From the NCBI GenBank assembly GCA_963713045.1, contig CAVQKE010000001.1, forward strand, positions 128,001 through 192,000: a stretch of DNA of 64,000 nt. The letters are read 5' to 3'. Below, piece by piece: positions 10,918 to 21,045 of the stretch. A program made the position numbers and the translations under genes. The stretch comes from an uncultured delta proteobacterium (lineage in GTDB: Bacteria; Myxococcota; Myxococcia; Myxococcales; Myxococcaceae). Numbering within the stretch: the stretch's first letter is position 1; every line of letters begins with the position of its first letter. The notes below the pieces were generated by a model, which was not told the origin of the DNA, ran no database searches, and saw nothing but the letters and a program-made list of their open reading frames with translations.

Positions 10918-11031
10918 CAGAGTCCTCCCTGGCAAAGGATGCCGGACTCTTAACCAGGCAGCGAAAAGCCGGTACAGACGGTAGAAACCAGCCCAGGGGG
11001 GCCCGAGAGGAAGACGAAAGCGCCGCCGGAG

Positions 11032-11520
11032 TCAGGCGAGATGCAGGCCCGAGCTGTTGCGCATGCCGATTCGCCAGCCGGTGCGGGCCGCAGGCACCAG
11101 GAGCCGCTCCCAGCGCTTGTCCTCCGGGTGGCGCGTGCGAATCCGGCGCAGCCACTCAAAGGTGCGGGCCGTCAGGTAAGTCTCCACCTCGATGTCAAAA
11201 CGCTGGGCCAGCACCGTGGAAACCTTGAGGCTGCCAGGCTCAAGCATCAGGCAGAGCCGCACCAGCTGCCGGTCGTCCACAAAGGGGCGGTGCCAGCGCG
11301 GCAGGGCCGTTTCGTCGGGATTGACCGAGCCGGCCCAGGAGACGAGGCGTGAAACTGTTACCCCCAACAGGCGCGCTCCATGGACGAGGGCCCGCACTTC
11401 ACTCGGCAGCAGACGCAGTTGCAGCGGGACATCGCCGGCCGAGGCAGGTTCTCCAGGCAGGAAGACGCGTCCAGCGTCGAGCCCTGTCAAATCCAGCTCC
11501 TCACTCACAGTCCGCCCCAT
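11032..11520 (-). CDS. Hypothetical protein
   Basis: Protein-like composition and fills the gap between neighbours; no recognised motif; start uncertain. Confidence 0.45.
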   Translation of the reverse strand: MGRTVSEELDLTGLDAGRVFLPGEPASAGDVPLQLRLLPSEVRALVHGARLLGVTVSRLVSWAGSVNPDETALPRWHRPFVDDRQLVRLCLMLEPGSLKVSTVLAQRFDIEVETYLTARTFEWLRRIRTRHPEDKRWERLLVPAARTGWRIGMRNSSGLHLA

Positions 11521-11612
11521 GTCAGCTTCCGCCCCTGATGTAATACTACCTCCGCAGAGAGAGTACACACCCCCTCACGGAGAGGCCAGTGCCCGCGTAA
11601 CGGCCCGCAATC

Positions 11613-12698
11613 TCAAGGGGATGGTCCTCGTGAAGCCGGTTCAGCAAGGCGTCGAAACACGCTACTGCTACCGAAAAAAGTCTCGCCCTCAGCCGCCAGC
11701 AGGACTGCCGCCGCCACCATTCCGGGGAGGACTTGGGTCAGGTGGTACAGAAACACGAAGGCCAGCGCCGCGTCGGCGTTTACGCCAAGCCAACCCAAGG
11801 CCAATGTGCCGCTCGCCTCAAATGAGCCGGCGTTGCCAGGGCTGGGGATGATGGTGGCGAGGTTCCAGGCGGTGAGCGCGCCGTAGGCCTGCATCGGGCT
11901 CAGTGCCAAATCCACGGCGCGGCTCGCGACAAGGATGACGAGCGTCTCCCAAAGCCATGGCAGTGGCGCGAGCAGCGTTTCGACGACGAGTAGGCGTCTC
12001 CAGTCCGCGGCAGCAAACCCCTCGCGGAGGTTCCTGAGCCACGCCGGTCCCCAGGGCTGACCCTGCGCGTCGCGACGCCAGCGGCGGCTGCGCATGGCGA
12101 CCACCGCCGTTGCAACCGCAAAGACAACGCAGGCCATGAGGCCAAGCGCACGGTAAAGCCACACCGGAGGCCGTTCATGCGCCGGAAGCAAGAGGCTGAC
12201 CAGGCAGACGATTGGGAAGGTTGCCACCCAGCCCCATCGGTCGCTGAAATGGTCCACCACTTCGTTGCCGAGCAGCTTCGCCCGGCTCACCCCGGTTCGC
12301 CGACCCAGGTACTGCACCCGAAGCAAGTCCCCCCCGCGCAGCGGCAGAAGCATGTTGAAAAAGAAGCCCACCAGGATGGCGCGGTAGGCATCCCCATAGC
12401 GCAGCCCAGGAAGCACCGGGCGCATGACCGTCCACCAGCGCAGGGATTGAAGTCCCATCAACACAAAGCCGCCCGCCACCGAGAAGAGCAACGGCCCCGG
12501 GCGTGCTGACAGGACGTCTTGCATGAAGCGCTGGCGTGAGATGCGCAGGTAGACGACGGCCAGGCTCACCACCAACAGCCCAGCGAGGGCGCCCAACACC
12601 AGGCGGACGAGGGGATGCCGCCAGAGGGATGGTCGCCTTTGAGGCGACCCGGTAGGCGCTTCCAACAGCTCACCGGATGGGTTTGGAGGAGCGGGCAC
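11613..12698 (-). CDS. Lysylphosphatidylglycerol synthase TM-domain (UPF0104, flippase-like) membrane protein
   Basis: LRWW, GFFFNMLLPLRGGDLLR and IPSPGNAGSFEA motifs; multiple TM helices; start uncertain. Confidence 0.8.
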   Translation of the reverse strand: MPAPPNPSGELLEAPTGSPQRRPSLWRHPLVRLVLGALAGLLVVSLAVVYLRISRQRFMQDVLSARPGPLLFSVAGGFVLMGLQSLRWWTVMRPVLPGLRYGDAYRAILVGFFFNMLLPLRGGDLLRVQYLGRRTGVSRAKLLGNEVVDHFSDRWGWVATFPIVCLVSLLLPAHERPPVWLYRALGLMACVVFAVATAVVAMRSRRWRRDAQGQPWGPAWLRNLREGFAAADWRRLLVVETLLAPLPWLWETLVILVASRAVDLALSPMQAYGALTAWNLATIIPSPGNAGSFEASGTLALGWLGVNADAALAFVFLYHLTQVLPGMVAAAVLLAAEGETFFGSSSVFRRLAEPASRGPSP

Positions 12699-12754
12699 CA
12701 GAGGCGCCTAGCACTCCGGCGCCCCCGGCGGCTAACCCTCGAGGGCTTGGCCTC

Positions 12755-13357
12755 TCAGCCAGGCCAGTTCCCCGTGCGGTAGGCCAGCAGCCAAGGCCGG
12801 AGCTGCGCGAAGGCCCGAGCGCGGTGGGAGATGCGGCCCTTTTCCTCGAGCGACAGCTCGGCCAGGGTGCGCTGGAGTTCCGGAATCAGCAGGACGGGGT
12901 CATATCCAAATCCGCCCGTGCCCCGCGGCTCTCGGGTGATGATGCCTGGGCAGCTGGCAGTCTCCACCACCCATTGTCCGGAGGGGGCGGCGAGACACAG
13001 CGCACAGCGAAAGGCCGCGGTGCGGGCGGCCTCTGGTACGTCCCGGAGTTCCTCGAGGAGCCGCGTGAGGCGCGCGGCGTCGTCTCCCGGGGCGTACCGC
13101 GCCGAGTGCAACCCCGGTCGGCCCTGGAGGGCATCGACGAAGAGGCCTGAGTCATCCGCCAGCGACACCAGCGAGGAGGCCTTCGCCCAGGCCAGGGCTT
13201 TCTTGCGCGCGTTCCCCTCGAGGGTGGACTCGGTCTCATCGACGGCCGGAAGCGGAGCGACGTCCGAGGGTGAGAGGACCTCCAGGCCGCCGGCCAGCGC
13301 CCGCAGCTCACGAAGCTTCCCTGGGTTGGTGGTGGCGAAGAGGAGCGGCGGCCTCAC
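12755..13357 (-). CDS. rdgB: Non-canonical purine NTP pyrophosphatase (Ham1 family)
   Basis: [30 protein letters not shown] and ISHRARA motifs. Confidence 0.93.
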   Translation of the reverse strand: MRPPLLFATTNPGKLRELRALAGGLEVLSPSDVAPLPAVDETESTLEGNARKKALAWAKASSLVSLADDSGLFVDALQGRPGLHSARYAPGDDAARLTRLLEELRDVPEAARTAAFRCALCLAAPSGQWVVETASCPGIITREPRGTGGFGYDPVLLIPELQRTLAELSLEEKGRISHRARAFAQLRPWLLAYRTGNWPG

Positions 13358-14067
13358 CCCAAAGCCTGCCTCTGTCGGGCGACCAGCTGAGCGACGCCAG
13401 CCAGACCTGCGTCCACCATGGCATCGAGTTGGGCCCGGGCGAAGGCGCCGTGCTCGGCAGTGCCCTGCACCTCCACCAGACGGCCGTCGGCCGTGGCCAC
13501 AACATTCATGTCCACTTCGGCACTGGAGTCCTCCTCGTAGTCGAGGTCGACCACCACCGCGCCGCTCACCACGCCGACCGAGATGGCGGCCACCGGTAGC
13601 ACCGCCGGCAGCTGGCTGAGTGTTCCATTCTTTTTCAGCGCTTGCAGCGCCTGCACCAGAGCGACGTAGGCACCGGTGATGGAGGCACAGCGCGTGCCGC
13701 CGTCCGCCTCAAGCACGTCACAGTCCAAGGTGAACGTCCTTGGGCCGAGCTGGGACAAGTCGACGGAAGCGCGCAGGGCACGGCCGATGAGGCGCTGGAT
13801 TTCCTGCGTCCTGCCGGTTTGCTTTCCCTTGGCCGCTTCACGCGCGCTGCGCGAATGGGTGGCACGAGGCAGCATCCCGTACTCGGCAGTCACCCAGCCC
13901 GAATTCTTGCCCAGCAAGTGAGGGGGAACGCGCTCCTCCACCGAGCAGGTGATGCGAACCAGGGTATTGCCGACGCGGACTTCAGCCGAGCCCTCGGCGT
14001 AGCGCGCCACTCCGGCAACCAACTGCACTGGGCGGAGCTCCAGGGGGCCCCGGTTGAACGACCGCAT
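13354..14067 (-). CDS. rph: Ribonuclease PH
   Basis: [36 protein letters not shown] and [15 protein letters not shown] motifs. Confidence 0.96.
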   Translation of the reverse strand: MRSFNRGPLELRPVQLVAGVARYAEGSAEVRVGNTLVRITCSVEERVPPHLLGKNSGWVTAEYGMLPRATHSRSAREAAKGKQTGRTQEIQRLIGRALRASVDLSQLGPRTFTLDCDVLEADGGTRCASITGAYVALVQALQALKKNGTLSQLPAVLPVAAISVGVVSGAVVVDLDYEEDSSAEVDMNVVATADGRLVEVQGTAEHGAFARAQLDAMVDAGLAGVAQLVARQRQALG

Positions 14068-14131
14068 GGCAGTCCTCTCTGCAGGAGACGAAGAAGTGCA
14101 GCGACTGCCATAGCAGACTTGAGGAGCCCGG

Positions 14132-14929
14132 TTAGCGGCTGGCGGAGGGGGCGGCCGGGGTCCGGTCGCGGGCCTCCACCTCGGTCAGGAAGGCGTGGAT
14201 GCCCTCGGAGAGGGCGGTCACCAGACGGGCCCGGTAGTTCGGGTCGTTCAGCCTGCGGCCCTCGTTGGGGTGCGAGATGAAGCCGACTTCGACCAGCACG
14301 GCGGGAGCCTCCACTCCCATCAGCACGTAAAACGGCGCCTGTTGCACGCCGAGGTCCGCCGCCCCAGTGCCGGCCAGCAGCCGGCGGTGAAGTGCATAGG
14401 CAAGCCGCGCGCTGTCGGCGTGCGCTTCGCCGCGCTGCAAGTCGGCAAGGATGAAGGCAAGCGTGTCCCGCTGCGCTGCAGATGCGCCGGACGTTCCGGC
14501 GCCCGCATTTTCCTGACTGGCCGTCCGCAGTGCGTCCTCGCCCGAGGCACTGGCGGAGAGGAAGAACGTCTGGATGCCTTCCACCCGGGCCCGCAGCTTC
14601 CGGGTGGGCATGGAGTTGGCGTGCAGCGACAGGAACAGGTCGGGGCGGGCGTGGTTGGCGAAGCCCACCCGCTCGGCCAGTGGCAAGAGGACGTCCTGCT
14701 CCCGGGTGAGCAACACCTCTGCTCCGGAGCGCTCCAGCTCTGCTTTCAGCCGCAGCGCGAGGTCCAGCGCCAGCGACTTCTCGAAGAGGCCGTCCGGACC
14801 GAGCGCACCCTCTTGGGCGCCTCCGTGCCCCGGGTCAAGGACAATTCGGGGAGGGCGTTCCAGGGGGCCGTCTGCGCCCACCGGTGCGGCAGCCAGCAGA
14901 AGCGCGGCAAGCGCGAGGGGCGCAGTCAT
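14132..14929 (-). CDS. N-acetylmuramoyl-L-alanine amidase (Amidase_3)
   Basis: Signal peptide; LDPGHGG, EK, SLHANS and [11 protein letters not shown] motifs. Confidence 0.9.
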   Translation of the reverse strand: MTAPLALAALLLAAAPVGADGPLERPPRIVLDPGHGGAQEGALGPDGLFEKSLALDLALRLKAELERSGAEVLLTREQDVLLPLAERVGFANHARPDLFLSLHANSMPTRKLRARVEGIQTFFLSASASGEDALRTASQENAGAGTSGASAAQRDTLAFILADLQRGEAHADSARLAYALHRRLLAGTGAADLGVQQAPFYVLMGVEAPAVLVEVGFISHPNEGRRLNDPNYRARLVTALSEGIHAFLTEVEARDRTPAAPSASR

Positions 14930-14976
14930 TCCAAGTCCGATGCTACGCCGAGCAGTGGCCGGTGCCCAGTTGTGCG

Positions 14977-16032
14977 CTATTCGACCACGTCGACGCCGGG
15001 ACGACCGCGCACCAGTTCGCCGACGTGGGCGGCGTCGATGCCCGCCCGTCGAAGCGCGCGTTCCGCCCGGAGCGCCTCACTGGCGGGGACGGCGGCGAGG
15101 AGGCCACCGTTGGTCTGTGCGTCCGAGAGCACCAGCTGGACGTCGCGTGGGAGCCCCGTCGGGAAGCGCACCGCTGCTCCAAAATGCTCGAGGTTGGCGA
15201 TGGAGCCAGCCGGAACCACCCCCTGCGCCGCCAAGGCGGGCACCCCCTCCAGGATGGGGATGTGCGAGAGGCGCAGCCGGGCACGCACCCGTCCGGCAAA
15301 GGCCATCTCACACAAATGGCCGAGCAGCCCAAAGCCCGTGACGTCGGTCAGGGCATGCACACTGAAGCGCCGGGAGGCGAATACCTCTCCAGCGCGGCGG
15401 TTGAGCTCGCTCATCAGCGCGGTCACGCGTCGGGTCAGTTCGGCGTTGGCCGCCCCGCGCTTAATGGCGGTGGTGGCAACGCCCGAACCCAGCGGCTTGG
15501 TCAACAGCAGCACGTCTCCCGGGCGGCCGCCGGCGTTGGTGAGGATGCGACGGGGATGGACCACGCCGGTCACCGCCATTCCGTATTTCGGTTCCGGGTC
15601 GTCGACCGAGTGGCCTCCGAGGACGGGGATGCCGGCCTCGTCCGCCTTGTCTTGTCCACCTTCGAGAATGGCCTGAAGCACCTTGAGCCCGAGGACTTTG
15701 GTGGGGAACGCCACCAGGTTGAGCGCGAACAGCGGACGGGCGCCCATCGCCCAAATGTCGGAGAGGGCGTTGGCGGCGGCAATTTGTCCGAAGGCAAACG
15801 GGTCGTCGACGACCGGAGGAAAGAAGTCAGCCGTCGAGACCACCGCCTGGGTGGCGGACAGTTTGTACACCGCGGCGTCGTCGTGCGTGGCAAACCCCAC
15901 CAGCGCCCGCGCATCCTTTCTGGTCTTCAAATGGCGCAGGACCTGCGCCAAATCCGCCGGTCGGAGCTTGGCGGCTCAACCGGCGCAGTGGCTGAACTCC
16001 GTCAGCCGCTGCGGCCTCGGCACGTCAGTCAT
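14977..16032 (-). CDS. selD: Selenide, water dikinase (selenophosphate synthetase), selenocysteine-containing
   Basis: ATG at 16032 gives MTDVPRPQRLTEFSHCAG-U(TGA 15978-15976)-AAKL, in frame with DDAAVY, DFFPPVVDDP, GGHS, LTDVTGFGLLGH and DAQTNGGLL. Confidence 0.93.
15932..15950 (-). promoter_or_regulatory. Bacterial SECIS-like hairpin in selD mRNA
   Basis: UGGCGCAG-GUC-CUGCGCCA; G-led loop about 33 nt after the UGA; resembles the GCAGGUCUGC apex of the E. coli fdhF SECIS. Confidence 0.75.
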
Positions 16033-16973
16033 CAGTTTCCTCGGATGTAGTCCTTGCGCAGCAAGTCCAGCACGCCCTGTGCAATCTCCACGTCGTCGAT
16101 GAGCGAGTGGTCGCACATATCCTGCAGGGTGCCGTGGTTGTAGACCAGCTGGAGGATGTCCAGCTCCCGCGGCGTCAGCTCGCGCAGCGGCTTGTTCAGC
16201 GGGCGGCAGAGGACCAGCTGATGGTCGGGCGCCGGGAGGTCCCTGGCGATTCGCTTGTACTCGTCCATCAGGCGGAGAGCGTCCATCAGGAGCGCTTCGG
16301 TGGAGTGGTCGAGCTCGACCATGAACTCATCGGACTCCGCCGGACGCAGTTCGAAGTCGCCCTCCTCCCAGGTGATGATGCGGTTGAAGCTCTTCTGAGG
16401 CCCGAGCTCGTGCCGGCCACCGATGACTGCGTAGTAGACGCGCCCCTGGCGCAGGTAGATGCGGGCCTCGTGCGCACCGGTTACCACCAGCACGCCGTTC
16501 TTCTTGGAGGTATGGAAGAGCTGGAGCAGGTCAGGCAGCGGGATGTCCTCGATTTTCCCGCTCATCGACGACGTCTTGGTCTTCGCTGCCTGTGCCTGAG
16601 CCGCCGCTTCCAGGTTGTGCTTCACCGCAGCGTCGCTCAGCTGGGTGCTTTCGGCGCCCGCCACCACCAGCTTGAGGATGGAAGTCCCGATGAGGATGCG
16701 GTCGCCTTCCTTCAAGCGCGCGGTACGGACCTTCTCACCATTGACGAAGGTGCCGTTGGTGCTGCCCAGGTCCTCGATGGTGATTTTGGCGCCCTGCACA
16801 GCGATTTTGGCGTGCTTGCGCGAAACCATGTCTTCGACCAGCACCATGTCCAACTCGCTGGACCGCCCGATGACGACCTGTTTATTCGGCTTAAGCGGGA
16901 ATTCGCCGCCCTGGTACTTGCCGGAGATAAACTTCAGCGCGTAGGCCACGTCACCGGTCCCGGGTCCACTCAC
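16032..16973 (-). CDS. FHA domain plus DUF4388 protein
   Basis: FHA motifs IGRS, VSRKHA and DLGSTNGTFVNG; MSGKIEDIPLPDLLQL...KNGVL...IYLRQGRV...WEEGDF. Confidence 0.88.
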   Translation of the reverse strand: MSGPGTGDVAYALKFISGKYQGGEFPLKPNKQVVIGRSSELDMVLVEDMVSRKHAKIAVQGAKITIEDLGSTNGTFVNGEKVRTARLKEGDRILIGTSILKLVVAGAESTQLSDAAVKHNLEAAAQAQAAKTKTSSMSGKIEDIPLPDLLQLFHTSKKNGVLVVTGAHEARIYLRQGRVYYAVIGGRHELGPQKSFNRIITWEEGDFELRPAESDEFMVELDHSTEALLMDALRLMDEYKRIARDLPAPDHQLVLCRPLNKPLRELTPRELDILQLVYNHGTLQDMCDHSLIDDVEIAQGVLDLLRKDYIRGN

Positions 16974-17006
16974 GGCGCCGCGACCCTTCGAAGCATTTGA
17001 CTGACC

Positions 17007-17690
17007 TTACAGCAGCGAACCCACGAAAACGAATTCCAAAGATGCCGCCGCTCTCGGTACCAGCCGGAGTCGATGCAGGTGCGGCGGCAGCCCCTCCTCC
17101 TCGGTGACGGTGACTTCGCCGGATTCGGACCGCACGTACCAGGCCTGAATCGCAGTGTTGCGCACGGGATGGGCCAGCAGCGCACGCAGCCCCGGCTCGG
17201 CCAGTGCCTGCTCCCGGTCGGCGGGTGCGTGGAGCTCCGCGAGCGCAGCGGCGTTGGAAGTCTGCAGTGCGAGTCGCCGAGCGACGAGGGCAGACACCAC
17301 CGCGGCCAGCGTCGGCGCGAGGCCTCCGTCGAGCTGCCAGCCGGTGGCGTGACGAGCAAAGCGCGTCGTCTCCCGCCCCAGCGAAGAGACGCGAGTCGAA
17401 CCAAGCGTACCTTCAAAGTCCAGCGTCGAGACGGCCCGGGCATGGTCGCGGCCCTCCTCGGCGACGGTGACGCGCTGAAAGTGCAGGGACTGTCCGACGA
17501 GCGGCGTCTGGCTGCCGGCAATGGCCAGCGTCACCGGTGGGCGTGCAGCGTCGGCAAGGACACTGGCCACCTCGGTGGCGGGGCCACCGGCCAGCCCAAG
17601 CAGAGAGGGCAACGCCCAGAAGAGGCTGGCGGCGGCCAAAGTGACAGCCAGAAGCCCCACCACCGGCGCGAAGCGTGACCGCGCACTCAT
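17007..17690 (-). CDS. Membrane-anchored hypothetical protein
   Basis: N-terminal hydrophobic helix; co-oriented and tightly packed between bamD and the FHA gene. Confidence 0.6.
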   Translation of the reverse strand: MSARSRFAPVVGLLAVTLAAASLFWALPSLLGLAGGPATEVASVLADAARPPVTLAIAGSQTPLVGQSLHFQRVTVAEEGRDHARAVSTLDFEGTLGSTRVSSLGRETTRFARHATGWQLDGGLAPTLAAVVSALVARRLALQTSNAAALAELHAPADREQALAEPGLRALLAHPVRNTAIQAWYVRSESGEVTVTEEEGLPPHLHRLRLVPRAAASLEFVFVGSLL

Positions 17691-17711
17691 CGGTCAATGG
17701 GACGGCCGTCC

Positions 17712-18479
17712 TCAGCCGCCAAGCATTGCCTGCGCACGCTGCGCTGCGGGCGTTCCCGGCAGCCGAGTCACAATGCGCTCCAGGGCCCCGCGGGCATGCA
17801 CCGGGTCGCTCAGCTTGATGTACAGGCCATACAGCCGGAAGAGGATGGTGGCCTCGTCCTGGCCAGGGTATTTCGTCACCAACGTCTCCAGCCTTCCAAC
17901 CGCGCCGGCCAGGTGGCCACGCTTTTCATAGAAGTCCGCGACGTACATCTCGTGCTGGGCCAGCCTTTGACGCGCTTCCTCGGCGTGCTTTTTCGCTTCC
18001 GGGACGTAGACCGAATTGGGGTAGGTCTTGACGAACGCCGACAGTAAGTCCCAAGCGCCGTGCACCTGCGTCTGCTCCCGTTCCGGGGACGGTGGAAGGA
18101 TGAAGAAGCTGCTCGGCATGTCGCGGTAGTACGTCAACGCTGCTCGGTAAGCGCAGTAGTCCACTCGATAGTAGGAGGGATGCAGCTTCACGAAGGCGGT
18201 GTAGCGGTCGCGGGCCTCGGTCCACAACTCATGGTCGAAGCTGACGTCGGCCAGACGGATTTCCGCCTCGCGGGAAACGTCGATGAAGGGGTACTTCGTC
18301 TTGACGTACTCAAAATACTTCTCCGCCATGCCGTACTGGTGGTCGGCGAGGGCTTCGTTTCCAAGCCGCATGTTGTTGGTGGCGTCGCTCGCAAACGTCG
18401 GCGTCGCCGTCGAAGTCCCGGCGAAGGTGGTGCACCCCGCGGCCAGCGCGGCCAAGCTGAGGAGGAGGAGACGGCCCAT
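17712..18479 (-). CDS. bamD: Outer membrane protein assembly lipoprotein BamD
   Basis: Lipobox LAAGC; TPR pattern KYPF, FVKLHPS, YPNSVY, LAQHEMYVADFY. Confidence 0.85.
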   Translation of the reverse strand: MGRLLLLSLAALAAGCTTFAGTSTATPTFASDATNNMRLGNEALADHQYGMAEKYFEYVKTKYPFIDVSREAEIRLADVSFDHELWTEARDRYTAFVKLHPSYYRVDYCAYRAALTYYRDMPSSFFILPPSPEREQTQVHGAWDLLSAFVKTYPNSVYVPEAKKHAEEARQRLAQHEMYVADFYEKRGHLAGAVGRLETLVTKYPGQDEATILFRLYGLYIKLSDPVHARGALERIVTRLPGTPAAQRAQAMLGG

Positions 18480-18594
18480 CGAGGGGCGGGAACCTAATAC
18501 CCCGGAACGCAGCTTTCCAAGGGCCCTGCCCCTGCAGCGCGCTCAGGAGGGCCGGCCGAGCGGGCTGGCGCGCGTTTGCGACCGGGGCTGCCGG

Positions 18595-19929
18595 CTAAAA
18601 GCGCTCGATTTGAAAGTCGTCGTCGGCGCCGGCCGCTGGCTGCGGCTGCGGGGTGGCGGTGCGGGGTGCCGCTGGCGCTGAGCGCGGCGGCGTGGGCAGC
18701 GGCTGGGGCGGAGGGCGGGGAACTGCTGGGGGTGCCCGCGCTGGCGTCGGGGCCGAGGCACCCGAGGTCGGCGCGGTGCGCTGGGCGTAGGCGATGGAAC
18801 CGGGTGCGCTCGCGCCGTCGGTGCGGCCTTCGAAGTCGTCCCACTTGCTGTCGCCGGTGGCGCTGATGCCGCTGAAACGCAAGGCGAAATCATCCGGATT
18901 GGAGGCCTGCCGGTAGGCCTCGTCGTAGGTGATGAGTCCCTGACGCACCAATTGCATCAGCGACTGGTCAAACGTCTGGGTGCCGTATGTCTGGTGGCCT
19001 TGCGCAATGGCGTCGTTGATTTCCTTGGTGCGGTCCTTGTCTTCAATCAGTTCCCGCACCCGAGCGGTCGCCTTGAGGACTTCGACCGCCGCCACCCGGC
19101 CTTTTCCGTCGGCCCGCGGGACGAGGCGTTGGGAGACCACGGCCTTCAGCACTGAGCCGAGTTGGAGACGCACCTGCTTCTGCTGGTAGGGCGGAAAAAC
19201 CGAGACAATTCGGTTGATGGTTTCGGTGGCATCGAGGGTATGCAACGTCGACATCACCAAGTGGCCCGTTTCGGCAGCGGTGAGTGCAGTCTCGATGGTC
19301 TCCAGGTCCCGCATTTCACCAACCAGAATGACGTCCGGGTCCTGGCGCAGCGCGCTCTTCAGCGCCTGGCTGAAGGACATGGTGTCCACTCCCACCTCGC
19401 GCTGGTTGACGATGGAGCGCTTGTCCCGGATGAGGAACTCGATGGGGTCCTCGATGGTCATGATGTGGTTGGTTTCATTGGCGTTGATGTGGTCAATCAT
19501 CGCCGCCAGCGTGGTGCTCTTGCCTGACCCGGTGGTGCCGGTCACCAGCACCAAGCCGCGCTCGTCGAGTGCGATTTTCTCCAGCACCGGGGGCAGCATC
19601 AGGTCGCGGATGGTCATCACCTTGAAGGGAATCACCCGCAGCACTGCCCCCACGGTCCCGCGCTGCTGAAACACATTGACGCGGAAGCGTCCCAGGCCCG
19701 GCACCCCGTAGGCGAGGTCCACCTCGTTGCTCGATTTGAAGCGCTCGCGCTGGTACTCGTTCATGATGCCGAACGCCATACGGGCCACCTCTTCGGGTGG
19801 CAACCGCTTGCCGTCCTTGAGGGGCACCAGCGAGCCGTCGACGCGGAACATCGGCGGCAGGCCGGCCTTGAGGTGGATGTCGGATGCACCACCCCGCAGC
19901 GCAATCTGCAGGATTTCGTTCAGTTCCAT
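18595..19929 (-). CDS. PilT/PilU-family type IV pilus retraction ATPase paralog with Pro-rich tail
   Basis: ASDIHL, RFRVNVF, GTTGSGKSTT, TIEDPIE, ALRQDPDVILVGEMRD and AETGH motifs. Confidence 0.92.
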   Translation of the reverse strand: MELNEILQIALRGGASDIHLKAGLPPMFRVDGSLVPLKDGKRLPPEEVARMAFGIMNEYQRERFKSSNEVDLAYGVPGLGRFRVNVFQQRGTVGAVLRVIPFKVMTIRDLMLPPVLEKIALDERGLVLVTGTTGSGKSTTLAAMIDHINANETNHIMTIEDPIEFLIRDKRSIVNQREVGVDTMSFSQALKSALRQDPDVILVGEMRDLETIETALTAAETGHLVMSTLHTLDATETINRIVSVFPPYQQKQVRLQLGSVLKAVVSQRLVPRADGKGRVAAVEVLKATARVRELIEDKDRTKEINDAIAQGHQTYGTQTFDQSLMQLVRQGLITYDEAYRQASNPDDFALRFSGISATGDSKWDDFEGRTDGASAPGSIAYAQRTAPTSGASAPTPARAPPAVPRPPPQPLPTPPRSAPAAPRTATPQPQPAAGADDDFQIERF

Positions 19930-20027
19930 CGGGATAGGCCGGCCTTCAAGCCTAGCACTCGGCTCTGGGGAAGGTCAGCGAAGGGCCGGCCGGAAGGGGC
20001 CCCCCAGGGTGGGGAGACGGCGGTGGA

Positions 20028-20429
20028 TCAGCGCTTGCTGAACTGGAAGCGGCGCCGCGCGCCGGGCTGCCCGTACTTCTTGCGCTCCACGACGCGGGCG
20101 TCGCGGGTGAGGAACCCGGCCTTCTTCAGAGGGGCACGGAACTCCGGGTTAAACTCGCACAGCGCTCGGGCCAGCCCGTGACGAATGGCGCCGGCCTGGC
20201 CGGAAAGCCCGCCTCCGCGCACGTTGACAGTGATGTCCACCTTGCCGAGCTGCTCGAGGACTTGCAGCGGCTGGTGCAGAATCATCTTCGACGTCTCGCG
20301 GCCGAAGTATTCGTCGATGGGCCGGTCGTTGATGATGACCACCCCGGTGCCTTCCTTCAGCCACACGCGGGCGGTCGACTCCTTGCGTCGGCCGGTGGCG
20401 TAAAACCCCTTCTCGCTGTGAATGGGCAT
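20028..20429 (-). CDS. rpsI: 30S ribosomal protein S9
   Basis: [26 protein letters not shown] and ERKKYG...QFSKR. Confidence 0.97.
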   Translation of the reverse strand: MPIHSEKGFYATGRRKESTARVWLKEGTGVVIINDRPIDEYFGRETSKMILHQPLQVLEQLGKVDITVNVRGGGLSGQAGAIRHGLARALCEFNPEFRAPLKKAGFLTRDARVVERKKYGQPGARRRFQFSKR

Positions 20430-20431
20430 CT

Positions 20432-20878
20432 TTAGGCCTCGACCTGTCGGGGCTCGGGCTTCTGGGCCGCGTGGGGGTGGGTGTCCCCGGGGTAGACGCG
20501 AAGCTTGGTCATCATTTGTCGGCCGAGCGCATTGCGCGGCAGCATGCGGCGAACGGCGTTGAGGACAATGTCCTCGGGGTGCCGTGCCCTGAGAGCCGCG
20601 AGGTTGGTGGTCTTCAACGCACCCGGAAAGCCGGCGCGGGGGTGGCGGTAGTAGAGCTTTTTGCTCTCCTTGGTGCCAGTCACCTTCACTCGAGCGGCGT
20701 TGATGACGATGACGTGGTCCCCAGTATCCAAGGAGGGCGTGTAGATGGGCTTGTGTTTGCCCTTCAGTAGGGTCGCGATTTGGCTGGCGGCGCGGCCGAG
20801 CACCTTGTCGGCCACGTCCACCACGTGCCACGCCCGCTTCACATCAACGGGCCGTGCGCTGTAAGTCCTGTGCGACAT
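20432..20878 (-). CDS. rplM: 50S ribosomal protein L13
   Basis: WHVVD...LGRAAS...[28 protein letters not shown]. Confidence 0.97.
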   Translation of the reverse strand: MSHRTYSARPVDVKRAWHVVDVADKVLGRAASQIATLLKGKHKPIYTPSLDTGDHVIVINAARVKVTGTKESKKLYYRHPRAGFPGALKTTNLAALRARHPEDIVLNAVRRMLPRNALGRQMMTKLRVYPGDTHPHAAQKPEPRQVEA

Positions 20879-20933
20879 CGAACGACACTCCGGGGTCGAC
20901 CCCTCCCAAACGCCGCGAGGGAAAAAGGGTGCC

Positions 20934-20962
20934 CATCTAGAGGGAGCTGCCCCGTAAGTCAA
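20934..20962 (-). promoter_or_regulatory. Putative sigma70 promoter of rplM-rpsI
   Basis: TTGACT-N17-TAGATG on the minus strand, upstream of rplM. Confidence 0.55.
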
Positions 20963-21045
20963 GCGAACGGGGCTTCCCCGGCCCCGGGCGGCCCCAAGCG
21001 CCCCCCGACGGGGCGGGGCACTCCGGCTCCGGCTGCAGGGGGACG

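Noticed and set aside
14977..15951. ORF-track start for selD at 15951
   Set aside because: It omits the catalytic N-terminal motif; the start at 16032 with UGA read-through restores it.
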